From Octopus bimaculoides (Eukaryota): DNA of 41,224 nucleotides. The translations under genes were made by a program, and so were the position numbers. The DNA lies in the NCBI RefSeq assembly GCF_001194135.2, contig NC_069010.1:127654-168877 (forward strand). Direction: 5' to 3'. Under the pieces are notes generated by a model, which saw only the letters and a list, made by a program, of their open reading frames with translations, was not told the DNA's origin and made no database searches. The first letter of the stretch is position 1. Each line of letters opens with the position of its first letter. This document shows, piece after piece, positions 12,097 through 24,560 of the stretch.

Positions 12097-12184
<88 letters not shown>

Positions 12185-12202
12185 TATATACATATACACA
12201 TA
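12086..12202. repeat. (TA)n microsatellite at the 3' end of the RTE LINE
   Basis: Direct; source of the YIYIY ORFs. Confidence 0.95.
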
Positions 12203-12204
12203 TG

Positions 12205-15200
12205 GTAGTTTTCTATTCCTTATACAGAGTTTGACCACTTCCTGTACCTCCACGTTAGCACCATCATGGCGTCTGGTGTGACTTTTTAAACCAGACGATG
12301 TTCTTAAAAGACACTCACATAAAGTGCACCTCTGATTTTGACCACCAATACCTGCAGATAAGTTCTGCTCTTTGTAGATCTTAACATGTCTTTTGAGGCC
12401 TCGGTTGGATTTGCAAATCTTCTAGCATACACTGCGATTTGAGGCCAGCCAAAGGCAGACATCGTCTATCGCAGACATGGTCTGTCACAGACTGTACACA
12501 CAGAAAGGTCATTGCCATTCAAATGATTTGTAAAGAGCCAGTTTTGTATTCCTATTTATATGTCGCTGGCACCAAATGCGTGACTCCAAGCCACCAAATG
12601 TCTTTTCTCCCCTTTGAATTCGCAGGTGTATTTCTGTATCATGTTTTCCATCATTTTGAACAGAGCTTCCAAGGTAGACGAACGAATCTACAATCTCAAG
12701 TAACTTTCCCTTAACATGCATTTTAGCGGGGTTACTAACAACAACACACGCAGGTTGATGTATTAACGCTATCTTTTTCAAGTTGATGGTCAAGCCAAAA
12801 CCATCACAAGCTGAGTCAAATGCAGATACAAGAGATTGCAGACATGTTTCAGAATGAAATCTTCAGCGTACAAAAGTTTCCTAATGAGTGAAGCAAAACC
12901 GTTCGATTTGAATTTCAGTCTCCTCAGATTAAAAACATTCCCTGTTGTCCGATATTTTATGTAACTACTCTCCTCAGAGTTTTGAAAACGTGTGACAACA
13001 CAACAGTAAAGTATATTGCAAAGAGGGTGAGTGTATCAAGGTCTCCTTGCTTTACTCCATTTCCACAGCAAAAGATTCAGAGAGCCTAGCACCAAAATTA
13101 ACGCTAGCTTTCATATCTTAATACAAAGCCCTATTTTCCTTGGAATTAGCCACAGAGCATTTCGATTAACAGCATCGAATGCTTTTCTCAAATCAACAAA
13201 GCAATGGTAGAGAGCAAAATTCTGTTCAATGCACTTTTCTTGTAATTGTCTGACAGTAAAGATACAATCAGCCGTGCCCCTGGAGGAACGAAAACCACAC
13301 TGAGACTCAGACACTATATTTGGAACTATAAAGGTATTTAAACGTTCTAACAAAATGCGGGCAAGAACCTTTCCAACCACAGACAAAAGCGAAATCCCAC
13401 GAAAATTACCCCACAGATGCTTTGACCCCGATTTATACAAGGAGACTAAAATGGCATCATTCCAGTCTTGAGGCACTTTCTCTGTTCTCCAACAATGACA
13501 AAATATATTTCAAATATTTTGTCACCCTCATATTTCAAGACTTCTGCACAGATTCCATCAGACCCTGGAGACTTATTGTTATTCAGCTTATTTACTGCTA
13601 AATAAATGTCAGAATTGGTTCAAATGCCATCTCTTCTATAACTGGAAGGTGTTCAATTTTTTCTATCGTCCTCATGTCAATGGATAATGGTTTATTCAAA
13701 AGTGCAGAAAAATATTCTACCCAACGCGTATGAATAGAAACGGTGTCAGTCAGAAGAAAACGTCTATTTGCTGTTCTCACTGGAGCTACTGAGGAAAACT
13801 TAGGGCCATATATCTCCTTAACAAATGAGTACAAACTCTTGGCATAATTTCTATCAGCTGCTTCTTGTACCCGTTTTGCTCTATCATTCCACCATATCTG
13901 TTGAATTTTCTCTAGATCAGACTGCACTTTCCTTTTCAGTTTTCTGTAAGCTTCGTTTGAGTTGGAGTTCATAGACTGAGAAAGAAGTGTATTGCCTGCC
14001 TAAGTCTTGTTTTTCTAAAAGTAGATCATGAATTTCTGCTGATCTATCTGAGAACCAGTCACTGGATTTATGAGATTTAAATTCCACTGACGAACCTGCA
14101 GCCTGAAATACTTTTGTTTTGAAATCTTCGCATAGATTGTTTCGGTCAAGATTGATAGTTTCTATAGCATTGTGGAACCTTTTCAACTTGCTTGAAAATT
14201 TAAAGTTTGCAACATTTAACTTTTTGGGTACCTTAGGACCAGATGATGATCAGTCCAGCTCTCTGCCTCTCTCATAACACGAACGCTAGAAACGTTTTCC
14301 GTATCACGTGTCCTGATCAGAATATAATCTACCAGATGCCAGTGCTTAGATCTTGGGTGGGTGCATCCAGGTGGTTTGATATTTATTTTTCTGCTTAAAC
14401 AGAGTGTTGGTGACAAACAGAATATTCTCAGTACAAAACGTCAAAAGAGATACTCCATTGTTATTACATTTTCTAATCCCATATCGGCCTAAAACAGGCC
14501 ATGAAACATAGTCTTTTCCAACTCTTGCAGTGAAATCTCCTGGTATGACCAACTTGTCAAAGATTGGTACTTTCCTCAATAATCAAGCTAGATCGTGAAA
14601 AACTGTCCTACAGTTTCATTGGAATGGGACATTGTTGGTGCATAAATACTGCCAACGGTAAGAAATCTATCTTTCGTCAGTTTAATACGGCATGACATGA
14701 TCCGCTCAGATATACCACTCGGAAGCTCTGCAATGGAGGATACTAATGTATTCTTGAGAGCAAACCCAACACCAGATTCTCTACGGTGACCCTTTGGTAG
14801 GCCTCTCTAAAAGTAGTATGTCTATAAGTAGGTTCATTTACTTGACCTTCATCAGAGAGATGAGTTTCAGAGAGCACAACTATGTCAAGGGAATATTCCT
14901 TGAGCTCACAAGCAATAAGTGCAGTACGCCTTCCTGGCCTCTTGTTGATATCATTAAGAAGTGTGCACACATTCAAACAACCAAAATTCAAATGTTGTTT
15001 ATTTTTACTTTTTCTTGAAGATTGTTTGGCCACAGTGGCAGGATTACGACCGAGTCCAGCCTGTGATACACTGGGACACCTGCCGAGCCGTACCTGTTGT
15101 CTTGACCTTCCCAAGCCTTTTTTGTCATTTACTGAATCTGTTTGAGACATTCTAGAGTAAGTTACAACTGCATTTTTAGGTTTCTGCCAACCAACCAATT

Positions 15201-15480
15201 GAATGATTTTACCAAGATTTGGACTACAGGAAGTACCTGTGAAGATGAATAATTTTCGGAGGACGTAGCTTGCACTGCACTACCCCACCTATTGGCCAAA
15301 GAAGACGTTCGCTGGTGTGACATGAAAAATTGACAATACCAGGAAGTTCCAAAGCCTCAGGTTTTATTTCGGAGATTTCATTCTTCTGTGTAGATTACCA
15401 ACCAAGGGTAAAGAGCTTCTACCTGCTCATGAGGTAAGCTATCCCATTCCAGACACCGAACCGATACTCAGACAGTTTAT
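12205..15480 (-). mobile_element. Near full-length decayed RTE-type LINE (AP endonuclease + RT + C-terminal C2H2 finger)
   Basis: EN: LNFGCLNVCTLL, DIVVLSETHL, GDFTARVG, TNTLFKQK...TTWMHP, HWHLVDYIL, TDHHLV. RT: PQDWNDAILVSLYK, NFRGISLLSVVGKVLARILLERL, ESQCGFRSSRGTAD, FVDLRKAFDAV, GVKQGD, YAED (12859-12870), FVYLGS. C-terminus [21 protein letters not shown]. Many frameshifts; 5' limit approximate. Confidence 0.92.
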
Positions 15481-15539
15481 AAAGTGATCAAATATCACTC
15501 CGGTGACCGACTCGGAGTAGCTCATTCATAAAAAAAAGA

Positions 15540-15755
15540 AAGGTAAGATATGTGATTTGCAAATGTAAATAAAAATTATATATAAATATAAAAGCATAAA
15601 AGATATGCAATACATATAAATACATATATAAAAGTAAAAATATACATATATATATACAAAAAAATTTTAAAGATATGATGTGTGAATAAAGAATTACATA
15701 TAAATAATATTGTATAAAGGAAAGTAAAACATATGCAAATACAAGATATAAAATA

Positions 15756-15791
<36 letters not shown>

Positions 15792-15820
15792 ATATGCACA
15801 TAAAAAAGATATATACATAT
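15540..15820. repeat. AT-rich low-complexity / degenerate (TA)n tract
   Basis: Direct; source of the spurious ORFs 15488-15799 and 15576-15857. Confidence 0.85.
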
Positions 15821-16639
15821 TTACAGACATTTTGTTGGATGGCCGTTGACTGTTCATCCGCCCTTTGACAGGTCTTATTTTTCATCCCGCAGTGTGTCCA
15901 ACAACACCCTCCGCACCAAGCAAACCTGGTAGGGTTGCGAGATTTGTCGCCGACGACCCGACCATGCGATAGGTTGCACTGGATTACATGTTACCCGTAG
16001 CACTCAAGAGTGACCTGACATAAGATATATATATACCGCTTGCGCGGTAGATTTGAAAAATTAGAATGTATAAGCATAGGGCATATGCTGGATTGCCTCG
16101 TGTATATATGTTTAATCTATGATGAAGACTTCACCTAGCAAATTAATTTATTTGCTAATAGAAGTCAGAAACCAATGGTTCAGAAGCTAGATAGTAAATG
16201 TTTTTATTTTTCATTCCTTTCGAAATCTTATCAATTAATAGTGGTTTGGAATTTAGCTGTTCTTTCTAGCGTGAGGGAATCCTATGATGGATACCGCTTA
16301 TGTGTTTAAATGTACACTACATATATAATACAGAATGGGACAAGAACGCAAAACATCCAAACAGTTAGGTGATACAAGAAAGGNNNNNNNNNNNNNNNNN
16401 NNNNNNNNNNNNNNNNNNNNNNNNNNNNNNNNNNNNNNNNNNNNNNNNNNNNNNNNNNNNNNNNNNNNNNNNNNNNNNNNNNNNNNNNNNNNNNNNNNNN
16501 NNNNNNNNNNNNNNNNNNNNNNNNNNNNNNNNNNNNNNNNNNNNNNNNNNNNNNNNNNNNNNNNNNNNNNNNNNNNNNNNNNNNNNNNNNNNNNNNNNNN
16601 NNNNNNNNNNNNNNNNNNNNNNNNNNNNNNNNNNNNNNN

Positions 16640-17710
16640 TTTGATTAAAACCCTTCCTAACATGGAAGTTTCCAAAGAGCATTTAATCCTTTATGAGTAC
16701 AAAAAAGGAAACTCTGCAGCCGAAGCGACTCGAAATATACAATCAATTTATGGGAAAGAATGCTTGAATGAAAGAACTTGCAGAAGATGGTTTGCAAAAT
16801 TCAGAAGTGGAAATTTCAGCCTTGAAGAGGAAGAACGAACAGGACGTCCAGTTGAGTTTGATGATAAGATGAGGCATTATTTGAAGAAACTTCTGCATTA
16901 TCAGTTGAAGAATTGGCAATAAAGCTTAGTTGAAACCATACAACTGTTCATCATCATCTTCAACGACTTGGAAATTTCCTAAATTTGGAAAATGGGTGCC
17001 TCATGAATTGTCCGAAAGCAACCGCAAATCCCGAGTTGACATCTGCTCTTCTCTCCATTCTTGTGAACTCATTTCACACTTTTTGGATAGAATTGTGACT
17101 TTTTGGATAGACTTGTTAAAACAGTGGCTTGGTAAAAGGGTAAAAGCTCAACTACAACCGAGAAGAGAACTTCATAGGAAAAAGGTTCTCTCTATATGGT
17201 GGGATTGCAAAGGAGTAATTCACTTTGAATTGTTACCACCTAATGCAACAATCAATGCTCAAGTCTCAAGTCTACTGCTAGCAATTAGAGTATTTGAACC
17301 AAGCTTTGAAGAAAAAAGACTCGCTTTAATGAATCGAAAAGGAGTGATGTTTCATCAGGAAAATGTGCGACCTCACACTGCAAAGATAACATCACAGAAG
17401 ATCAAAGAGTTTAGTTGCAAAAAATTTCCTCATCCACCTTATTCTCCCGATCTTGCTCCTTCAAACTACCATTTGTTTCATAGTTTACAGAATGATTGGG
17501 GGACATAACTTTCGCAAGCCAGGAGGAGGTCGAAACTGACATTTCAGAGTTCTTCTTTTTGAAACCAAAAGAGTTTCACATTGATGGGATTTAAAAGCTT
17601 GTAAACAGATGGAAGGAAGTCATAGATAATCAGGGAAAGTACATGGATGACTAAATTTCAATTAAATATAACATTTGATCACTTGTTTTCTTTATTCAAA
17701 ATCACAGAAC
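16640..17710 (+). mobile_element. Decayed mariner (Tc1/mariner) transposon; transposase from ATG 16662 to ~17654
   Basis: HTH region MEVSKEHLILYEYKKGNSAAEATRNI...RTCRRWFAKFRSGNFSLEEEERTGRP, then WVPHEL, FLDRIVT, HQENVRPH and HPPYSPDLAPSNYHLF. Frameshifts and degenerate catalytic residues; the left TIR is in the N gap. Confidence 0.95.
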
Positions 17711-18036
17711 TGATATATATGTGTTTATTTATACATGTACACATATTGTCACTTGTTTCTTTGTATATTAATAGTGGGGATGAATAACTGCTATCTCTAG
17801 CAGGCATCACATACTGAGGACAGGTAAGCACCCAGAAACCAGCCTGTTCTTCTGGCCTTGCCATGCTGGAGGGGAGTGGTTTGCTCCCTCACTCACAATA
17901 TATCAAGCATTTTAATACTCGAACTGTTTTTTAACATTTTTTATTATTCTCAAAGACTTTTGATAATCTTTTTCTAAAAAAGTGAAATCGGTTAAGTAAA
18001 TAAATATCTTTAAAATAAGTGCATTTTCAAACCTTC

Positions 18037-18074
<38 letters not shown>

Positions 18075-18075
<1 letters not shown>

Positions 18076-20722
18076 GAAAAAATTAATAACTTACATTGGA
18101 TTTGGCCATTATTGGTCCAGGCCATGACTAGTTCAAGAACACCACCTAGAAAAGTCTTTTAATTAATTATCTCGGGACACCATGGCCACATGTTGTTGCT
18201 TGAGACGTATCCAGGTGTAGATGGTTTATCTGGTATTTCGTGGGGGGATTTGTCCAGGTACCGTTTTAAAGATCTGGGGTCTTTTTCTACTTTAATTTCT
18301 TTCGGGATACCATTGAAAAGTACAGGACCTTTTGCAGTGAAGAAATTGTGTCGCCATGTTCTTTAGTAATGTGATCTCGACCTTTGTAGGGGACGCATTG
18401 CACAGGAGTGAATTGTAAACATAATCCCGATATCATTTGGATAATATTGGTGAATATTTTCCACATGGTGCAAATAATGTGTCATTCAGAGAATAGAGCT
18501 TCAGCAGTTTAAGTCAAGCCCAGTAATCAAGTCCTATCTTGCTATTTATTTTTTTGTGATTGACTTTTGTGGCACTTCGATCCACATTATGTCTTGTTTT
18601 TTTTTTGCATGGGGACCATAATATGCAGCAGTATTCGAGGTGGGGCCCGGTGAATGTGGAGAAGGGACGGATGATGGTTTCATGATCCCTAGATTGGTAA
18701 GTTTTGAGAATCCACGAGCACATTCTGCGGGCAACAACTACATTTTGTGTTGATGTGTACACTCCAGCTAAGGTTCAAGTAAGTCTCCTGACAGTATGGT
18801 TGTTTGAGTGTACTCCCTCTTTCAAAGTGGTTGAGCTCAGATTTTTCTTCGTTCAACTGCATTATGTTTTTTGTGCCCACTGGGTTACTGTGCATAGGTC
18901 CGTTTGTAGCATCGTTCGATCATATGGTCCATTAATGACTTTCTAGAGCTTAAAGTCATCTGCATCTGTAAATACTTTTATGGTGCTATGTTCAATCGAA
19001 TCTACAATGTCATTGATATAGACAATAAAAAGAAGTGGACCCTGCTCAGTACCCTGTGAGACTCCGCTGATGACTTTTGCTGGTCTTGAATGGATGCCAG
19101 CAACTACAACATGCTGGATTCTGTTTCTTATGAAATACCTAATCCAATGAAGTAGCTTTGCATCAACTCGAGCGTTGGATAGTTTCCTTAACTATATAGT
19201 GTGGTCGACTCTATCAAAGGCCTTACTGAAATCAAGGTATGTAACATCCGCGTTGGAGCCCTCATTGCATTTAAGATGTCATCAAAGTGGTGGAGGAGCT
19301 GTGTTAGACAGTCCCTCCCACCATGAAAGCTATGCTGGTTGCAATTTAGGAGATGATTTTGTTCTAGGAAGGCTGTTATTCTTGATCTCAACACGCTCTC
19401 AAATACTTTGATGATATGTGAGGTTAGTGAGATTGGAGGGATTTATTCCCTTCTTTAAAGATAGGAACGACTGACTGGGAGAGAAGGTTTTGAGGGATAA
19501 AACCAGCATCAAGTGATTTCCTCCAGAGATTTGAAAGAGGAGCTGCAAGTTGCTGTCTTCATTCCTTCAGAACTCTTGTAAGGAACCTGTCTGGACCCAC
19601 TGCTGAATCAGGTTTGATTTCTTTTATAGCTGCTAGGATATCAGTGGCGTCGAAGGTTATGTCGGAAAGGACATGTTGAGGACTCAAAGAAACAAAGCTG
19701 CTTGAGTCAACTGAATCAGTGTCACTGAAGACAGAGCAGTATTGACTTTGCAGGATCTCAGCCATATTTTTAGCATCATTGTGAAGGATGCAGTTTCCAT
19801 CAACCAGTGGGCCGATATAGGGAACTGTGGCCCTGTGTTTTTGCAAAGAAGTAAAAGACTTTAGCATTACTTTGTTGTTTTTAAAAGCCCAGGCTTGGTC
19901 GTTTATAAGAGTTCTCATACAGTCCTGCAGCTGTTGCATCCTTCATTCCAAGGATCTTAATATTCTTGATTTGGGGTGCTGTTGATAGTTGTATTTTAGG
20001 GCATTGATTTTTGGCTTTATTCTTTTTATTCTCCTGGTGAGCGATTTTCTCTGTTTTGGAATCCTGCATTTACTGTTGTTTATGAGTCGTGAGGATGTGT
20101 GGCTTGAGCATATGGGGGTGACTGTGTCCTCAAACCGTTGCCATGCGTTTGTGTTTGTTGTGGTATTCGAGGAAGCAAGGGTGAAGGACCAGTCCACTTA
20201 CGATAAGTCTTAGGTGATCGCACTCCAGGTTGACTTGTGTAAATTCATGTTATCAGACGGGTGCACTGCACTTAGTGATTTATGCCAAATTTTTGGATGT
20301 TGACTATTGAGTATACAGCGTACCGTGTCATGATCAGACAGGAGGGTTTTTTTCCAAAGTGATGTTATGAATAGTGTAAGCATGGTTGCCTGGAACTAGT
20401 TCCAAGGCAATTTGGTTGTTTCTGGTTGCTTCCTGGACGAGCTGTGATAGGAAAAATTATCCATAAATTTAAAAAGTAACTCCACTGGTGCTTTGTCTGA
20501 GCTTGAGGTTCCAGGTCTAACAATATTAGCGGACCTGTCTACAGAGGGTAGTTTGAAGTCGCCCATCATCAGAATATTTGGTGGGTTACATTACAGGAGG
20601 CAAGATCTGATCATCGTGAGGTACTCCTGGAAATAGTGTAAGGGTGCGTATAGGAGTCTGTAGAGCTCAGTCACAGATAGGTTTTTACACTTGTTGTGTA
20701 CAGAGACTGGACGTGTATGTAT
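18075..20722 (-). mobile_element. Decayed CR1-type LINE (EN + RT), 5' part running into the N gap
   Basis: EN: LMMGDFKLP, LSDHDTV. RT: PISLTSHIIKVFESV, FLEQNHLLNCNQHSFHGGRDCLTQLL, YLDFSKAFDRVDH, SGVSQGTEQGPLLFIVYIND, FTDADD. C-terminal PHLEYCCILWSP is typical of CR1. The 3' end abuts (TA)n at 18041-18071. Confidence 0.9.
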
Positions 20723-22090
20723 ANNNNNNNNNNNNNNNNNNNNNNNNNNNNNNNNNNNNNNNNNNNNNNNNNNNNNNNNNNNNNNNNNNNNNNNNNNNNN
20801 NNNNNNNNNNNNNNNNNNNNNNNNNNNNNNNNNNNNNNNNNNNNNNNNNNNNNNNNNNNNNNNNNNNNNNNNNNNNNNNNNNNNNNNNNNNNNNNNNNNN
20901 NNNNNNNNNNNNNNNNNNNNNNNNNNNNNNNNNNNNNNNNNNNNNNNNNNNNNNNNNNNNNNNNNNNNNNNNNNNNNNNNNNNNNNNNNNNNNNNNNNNN
21001 NNNNNNNNNNNNNNNNNNNNNNNNNNNNNNNNNNNNNNNNNNNNNNNNNNNNNNNNNNNNNNNNNNNNNNNNNNNNNNNNNNNNNNNNNNNNNNNNNNNN
21101 NNNNNNNNNNNNNNNNNNNNNNNNNNNNNNNNNNNNNNNNNNNNNNNNNNNNNNNNNNNNNNNNNNNNNNNNNNNNNNNNNNNNNNNNNNNNNNNNNNNN
21201 NNNNNNNNNNNNNNNNNNNNNNNNNNNNNNNNNNNNNNNNNNNNNNNNNNNNNATAAATACTCAAAATGCCCGATTTATTGCCAACATAAGCTATAATTG
21301 AGAACTTTGACTGCAGTAGGCTTCTACTGGTAAACTTAAAGGTTTGCAATAATCTAAGTTGTTTCTACTCTCAGCCACTCAGTACTTTTCAGTAGTAATT
21401 GTGTTACTGAACAGATATTTCCTTCACAAGGCTTGCTTTGATCATGTTTCTTAACGAATTGATATAATAGTATTTTTGGTTACGTTTTTCTTTGTTGGGA
21501 TGAAATTGCATTTCTTTTTCTTTATTTTGTAAGCATAATATTCTGATTACAGGTAAGTTCATTGCCATCAATTCACTGCAGGTGGAAAGGAGGGAAATGA
21601 AATGTTAGTTTACTTTTTTAATCTTGTAGTCAGAAAGGAAGGCAGTGATCAGGACCCTTTATAAAGGCCTTGAGAAGGGTGGGAGGAAGCTCTTCTCAAA
21701 TCAAAAGACCTGGTCTAAATGCTTCTCACATAGCAGACTTTGCTTAAAACACCCAAGGACCAGGTAGTGATGTTAAACTGCGAAATGAATTACATCTACC
21801 ATTTAGGTAGGCAACAGTAGGATTTGAACTAAGAACATAAAGAGCTGCAGCAAACACCACAATTCACCACGAAAATATATCCATATTATCTCACCATTAT
21901 TAATTGTTAAAAACCATTTTATTGAAAAAAAAAATGGTGATTTGATGACAGTGAAATTTCCCTGCGGTGAACTCCCCTGCAGTGAATTCATGATGGTGAA
22001 CTTACTGGAACGTAATATTCTAGTTTATTAAAAAAATATGTTTACAAATTGTATCTTATTGTATGTATCCTGGTTTTTAGAATGTCATCT

Positions 22091-22423
22091 TACTGGCACT
22101 TGTGCCGGTGGCACGTAAAAAGACATTCGAGCAAGGTCATTGCCAGTGCTGCTAGACTGGCTCCTGTGCAGGTGGCACATGAAATACACCATTTTGAGTG
22201 TGGCCGTTGGCAGTACCCGCCTGACTGGCCTTCATGCCGGTGGCACATAAAAGCACCCACTACACTCTCGGAGTGGTTGGCGTTGGGAAGGGCATCCAGC
22301 TGTAGAAACTCTGCCAAATCAGATTGGAGCCTGGTGTAACCATCTGGTTCGCCAGTCCTCAGTCAAATCGTCCAACACATGCTAGCATGGAAAGCGGACG
22401 TTAAACGATGATGATGATGATGA
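22091..22423 (+). mobile_element. SINE-like interspersed repeat with (GAT)n tail
   Basis: Internal repeats of GCCGGTGGCAC(G/A)TAAAA; ends CATGCTAGCATGGAAAGCGGACGTTAAACGATGATGAT, recalled as an abundant octopus repeat; the same tail occurs at 7852-7920. Confidence 0.8.
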
Positions 22424-24053
22424 TATATATATGAAACATATGAAGCCCCGAACTTATCTACTCCATTCCTTAACCCTTCTATTCTTATTCGCTCACCCAG
22501 GAACCCTGGTCATTTACCGTGAAATATAAAAATATTTTTTTCTACTTATCATACTTTGATACAGAAAAAATAACAAACCTCTGCCTCAGTAAACCACTAT
22601 TGTTCTTGAGAGATTTTTTTTCTTTTCACGTTTACTACAGATTGCTTGAAACGAACTTTCTACACCTCAGTCCTTGGATCTTACATTTATATATGTGCAT
22701 GTTAGTGTGTGTGTGTGTGTGTGTGTGAATGGTATTGCTTCAACATCTAACCATCTATAGGTCTGATGTGTGACTACAGATGTGTGACTTCATCTCAGAC
22801 AGTTTGATGATCATTTCAGTGTTGATATAATATTTTCTGTGGTGAGAACAAGTTACTCTGGCAGTCAAATGTTCGTCTCCTTCACTTCTGGAATTGTCTA
22901 TCAGACTAACAGCTTGAACAATTTCTCACCTACAATGCGTTGATGTGCTGCTTCAGCTGTGACATTGATTCTTACTTTCTTGACATCACCTTCATCATCC
23001 CAAAATGTTTCTTTATTAATTATGGAAACATTATTCATATGTTTGGCTATGTCTGTGTGGTGTTGCTTTTCTTATGTCTGAAGAAATGTCTGTGTTTCAG
23101 CCGGTCTCTCTTACTTCTGATATAACATACATGGTCTGTTGTCATGTTGTTGTGTTATATTTATATGTACAATACTCTCCCATAAATATTTCTCTTGCTA
23201 TGGCCAGTTGGTTTTATCGAGCCCCATGTAGAGATAGGTTCTTGTTGTTTTGTGGTTTGGGGTTTTATTTTTGTGATATTTGTTTCTTTATATTTCCTAT
23301 TTTTGACTTGATTCTATGATTTTTTAATATTTTGTTTATTGAATAATTTGTGATATTGTGTTTGACAAGTGAATATTTACGCATTAAGTATCAATAAACT
23401 TGATGCTAATCAATAAGGTCAGTTCTGTTGAATATTCTGATCATATATTTAAGATATTATCTTAATGCAGAAAATAAAGTAGAAACAAATGAAAAATGGA
23501 AATAGACTAAACTTAAGAACTTAAGACCATGAAGAAACTCAATACTGTGTTATCAGTTTAATCACTGGATATTCAAACTATGCGTAAATGTAGTTGAATT
23601 TGTGTGTAATTTGGGGCATCTGTAATGTATATTTGTGTAATATATTGTATTCATCATTTTATATTTTATCATTTTCAGTTCTGCAAAATGCTTAAATTGA
23701 AAAAAGGTGAGAGGCTATCTGGCATAACCGTTGCCATTTATCTATGTCATTCGAAAGGAAACTTTCAACATTAAAACAAATGTAATAAGACCCCAGTAGA
23801 TCTCATTGAAAATTCAGAGTTTAAAAAGAAAATATAAGAGCTTTTCCCATCGTTGTTTGGCAAAGACAATGTAAATCAGTGAATTTTCTATTTTTTATAT
23901 AACCATGTTTATATGTATCGTGTTGTGTTAATACTACCAATAAATTATACTGTCACTAGTGTCTTCACCAAAATCTACACAACAATAGTAAGAACAACAA
24001 ACAGAAAATACATTTGTTAGCGGGTCAAACAAAGAACACTTTTGTTCAGAGGA

Positions 24054-24151
24054 AATTAGCTCAATACTAGAATTGAAGAATATTTCTGGAACATAATGTG
24101 TACACAAAATATATTCCAGAAATATACCTCAATTCTAGTATTGAGCTAATT
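24054..24151. repeat. Foldback hairpin: 38-bp arms (2 mismatches), 22-nt spacer
   Basis: AATTAGCTCAATACTAGAATTGAAGAATATTTCTGGAA (24054-24091) pairs with TTCCAGAAATATACCTCAATTCTAGTATTGAGCTAATT (24114-24151). The left arm is also at 4624-4661, followed by an N gap. Confidence 0.9.
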
Positions 24152-24417
24152 ACAAACCAATTTTTGTGACATATCAAAGTCAAAAAATATATTTAACAGT
24201 ATGTATATGAATGCAACACACACATGTGTGAGCATAGCATTCATACACACACACACACACACATCTGCATTTATGTTATTGGTTAAAGAATTTTTTTATG
24301 TACTCTTGCTGGTTCCTGTAGTGTCTCGTGATATTTTGTGCTCTAAACATGTACTCAATCCAATATTTGTTATAAACGAATGTTATCGGTGGGATGTGTT
24401 TCTGTTTTGTTCCACAG

Positions 24418-24560
24418 ATGTCTGCTGTGTGAAAAGAGTGAACCTATAATGGAGTTCCAACCATGTGGACACACTGTTATATGCAGAAATTGCTATTAAA
24501 ATCATAAGCCTAATTCTTGTCCCAAGTGTCAACAAGATATAGCAAAATATAGTATACCTG
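24418..24560 (+). pseudogene. Duplicated RING-HC exon, copy B, with an in-frame stop (TAA 24497-24499)
   Basis: Same acceptor; donor G|gtatga. CLLCEKSEPIMEFQPCGHTVICRNCY*NHKPNSCPKCQQDIAKYSIP; all eight zinc ligands retained; one codon shorter than copy A. Confidence 0.85.

Noticed and set aside
11798-15857. YIYI-rich ORFs (11798-12208, 12002-12253, 12010-12201, 12034-12234, 15488-15799, 15576-15857)
   Set aside because: Translations of (TA)n and AT-rich low-complexity tracts.
15825-16385. GC-richer segment 15825-16030 and ATACAGAATGGGACAAGAACGC segment before the gap as RNA genes or a mariner TIR
   Set aside because: No tRNA or rRNA structure recognised; they look like other interspersed repeats, but I cannot name the family with support.
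264-21349. Numerous poly-X ORFs in the ORF track
   Set aside because: They simply span N gaps.
21534-21552. Candidate 19-nt microexon (pyrimidine tract-taag|CATAATATTCTGATTACAG|gtaagt) that would convert phase 1 to phase 2 ahead of RING B
   Set aside because: Entered in phase 1 it reads GCA TAA (immediate stop), and no homolog is visible in the window to support it. It could only be a poison exon; unsupported without RNA data.
21930-22010. Short repeated GGTGAA(C/T)T motifs (similar at ~36385-36440), and AAAAGTCAC / GACAAAACC motifs at ~34340-34450, as regulatory sites
   Set aside because: More likely degenerate subterminal repeats of DNA transposons; too short to support a call.
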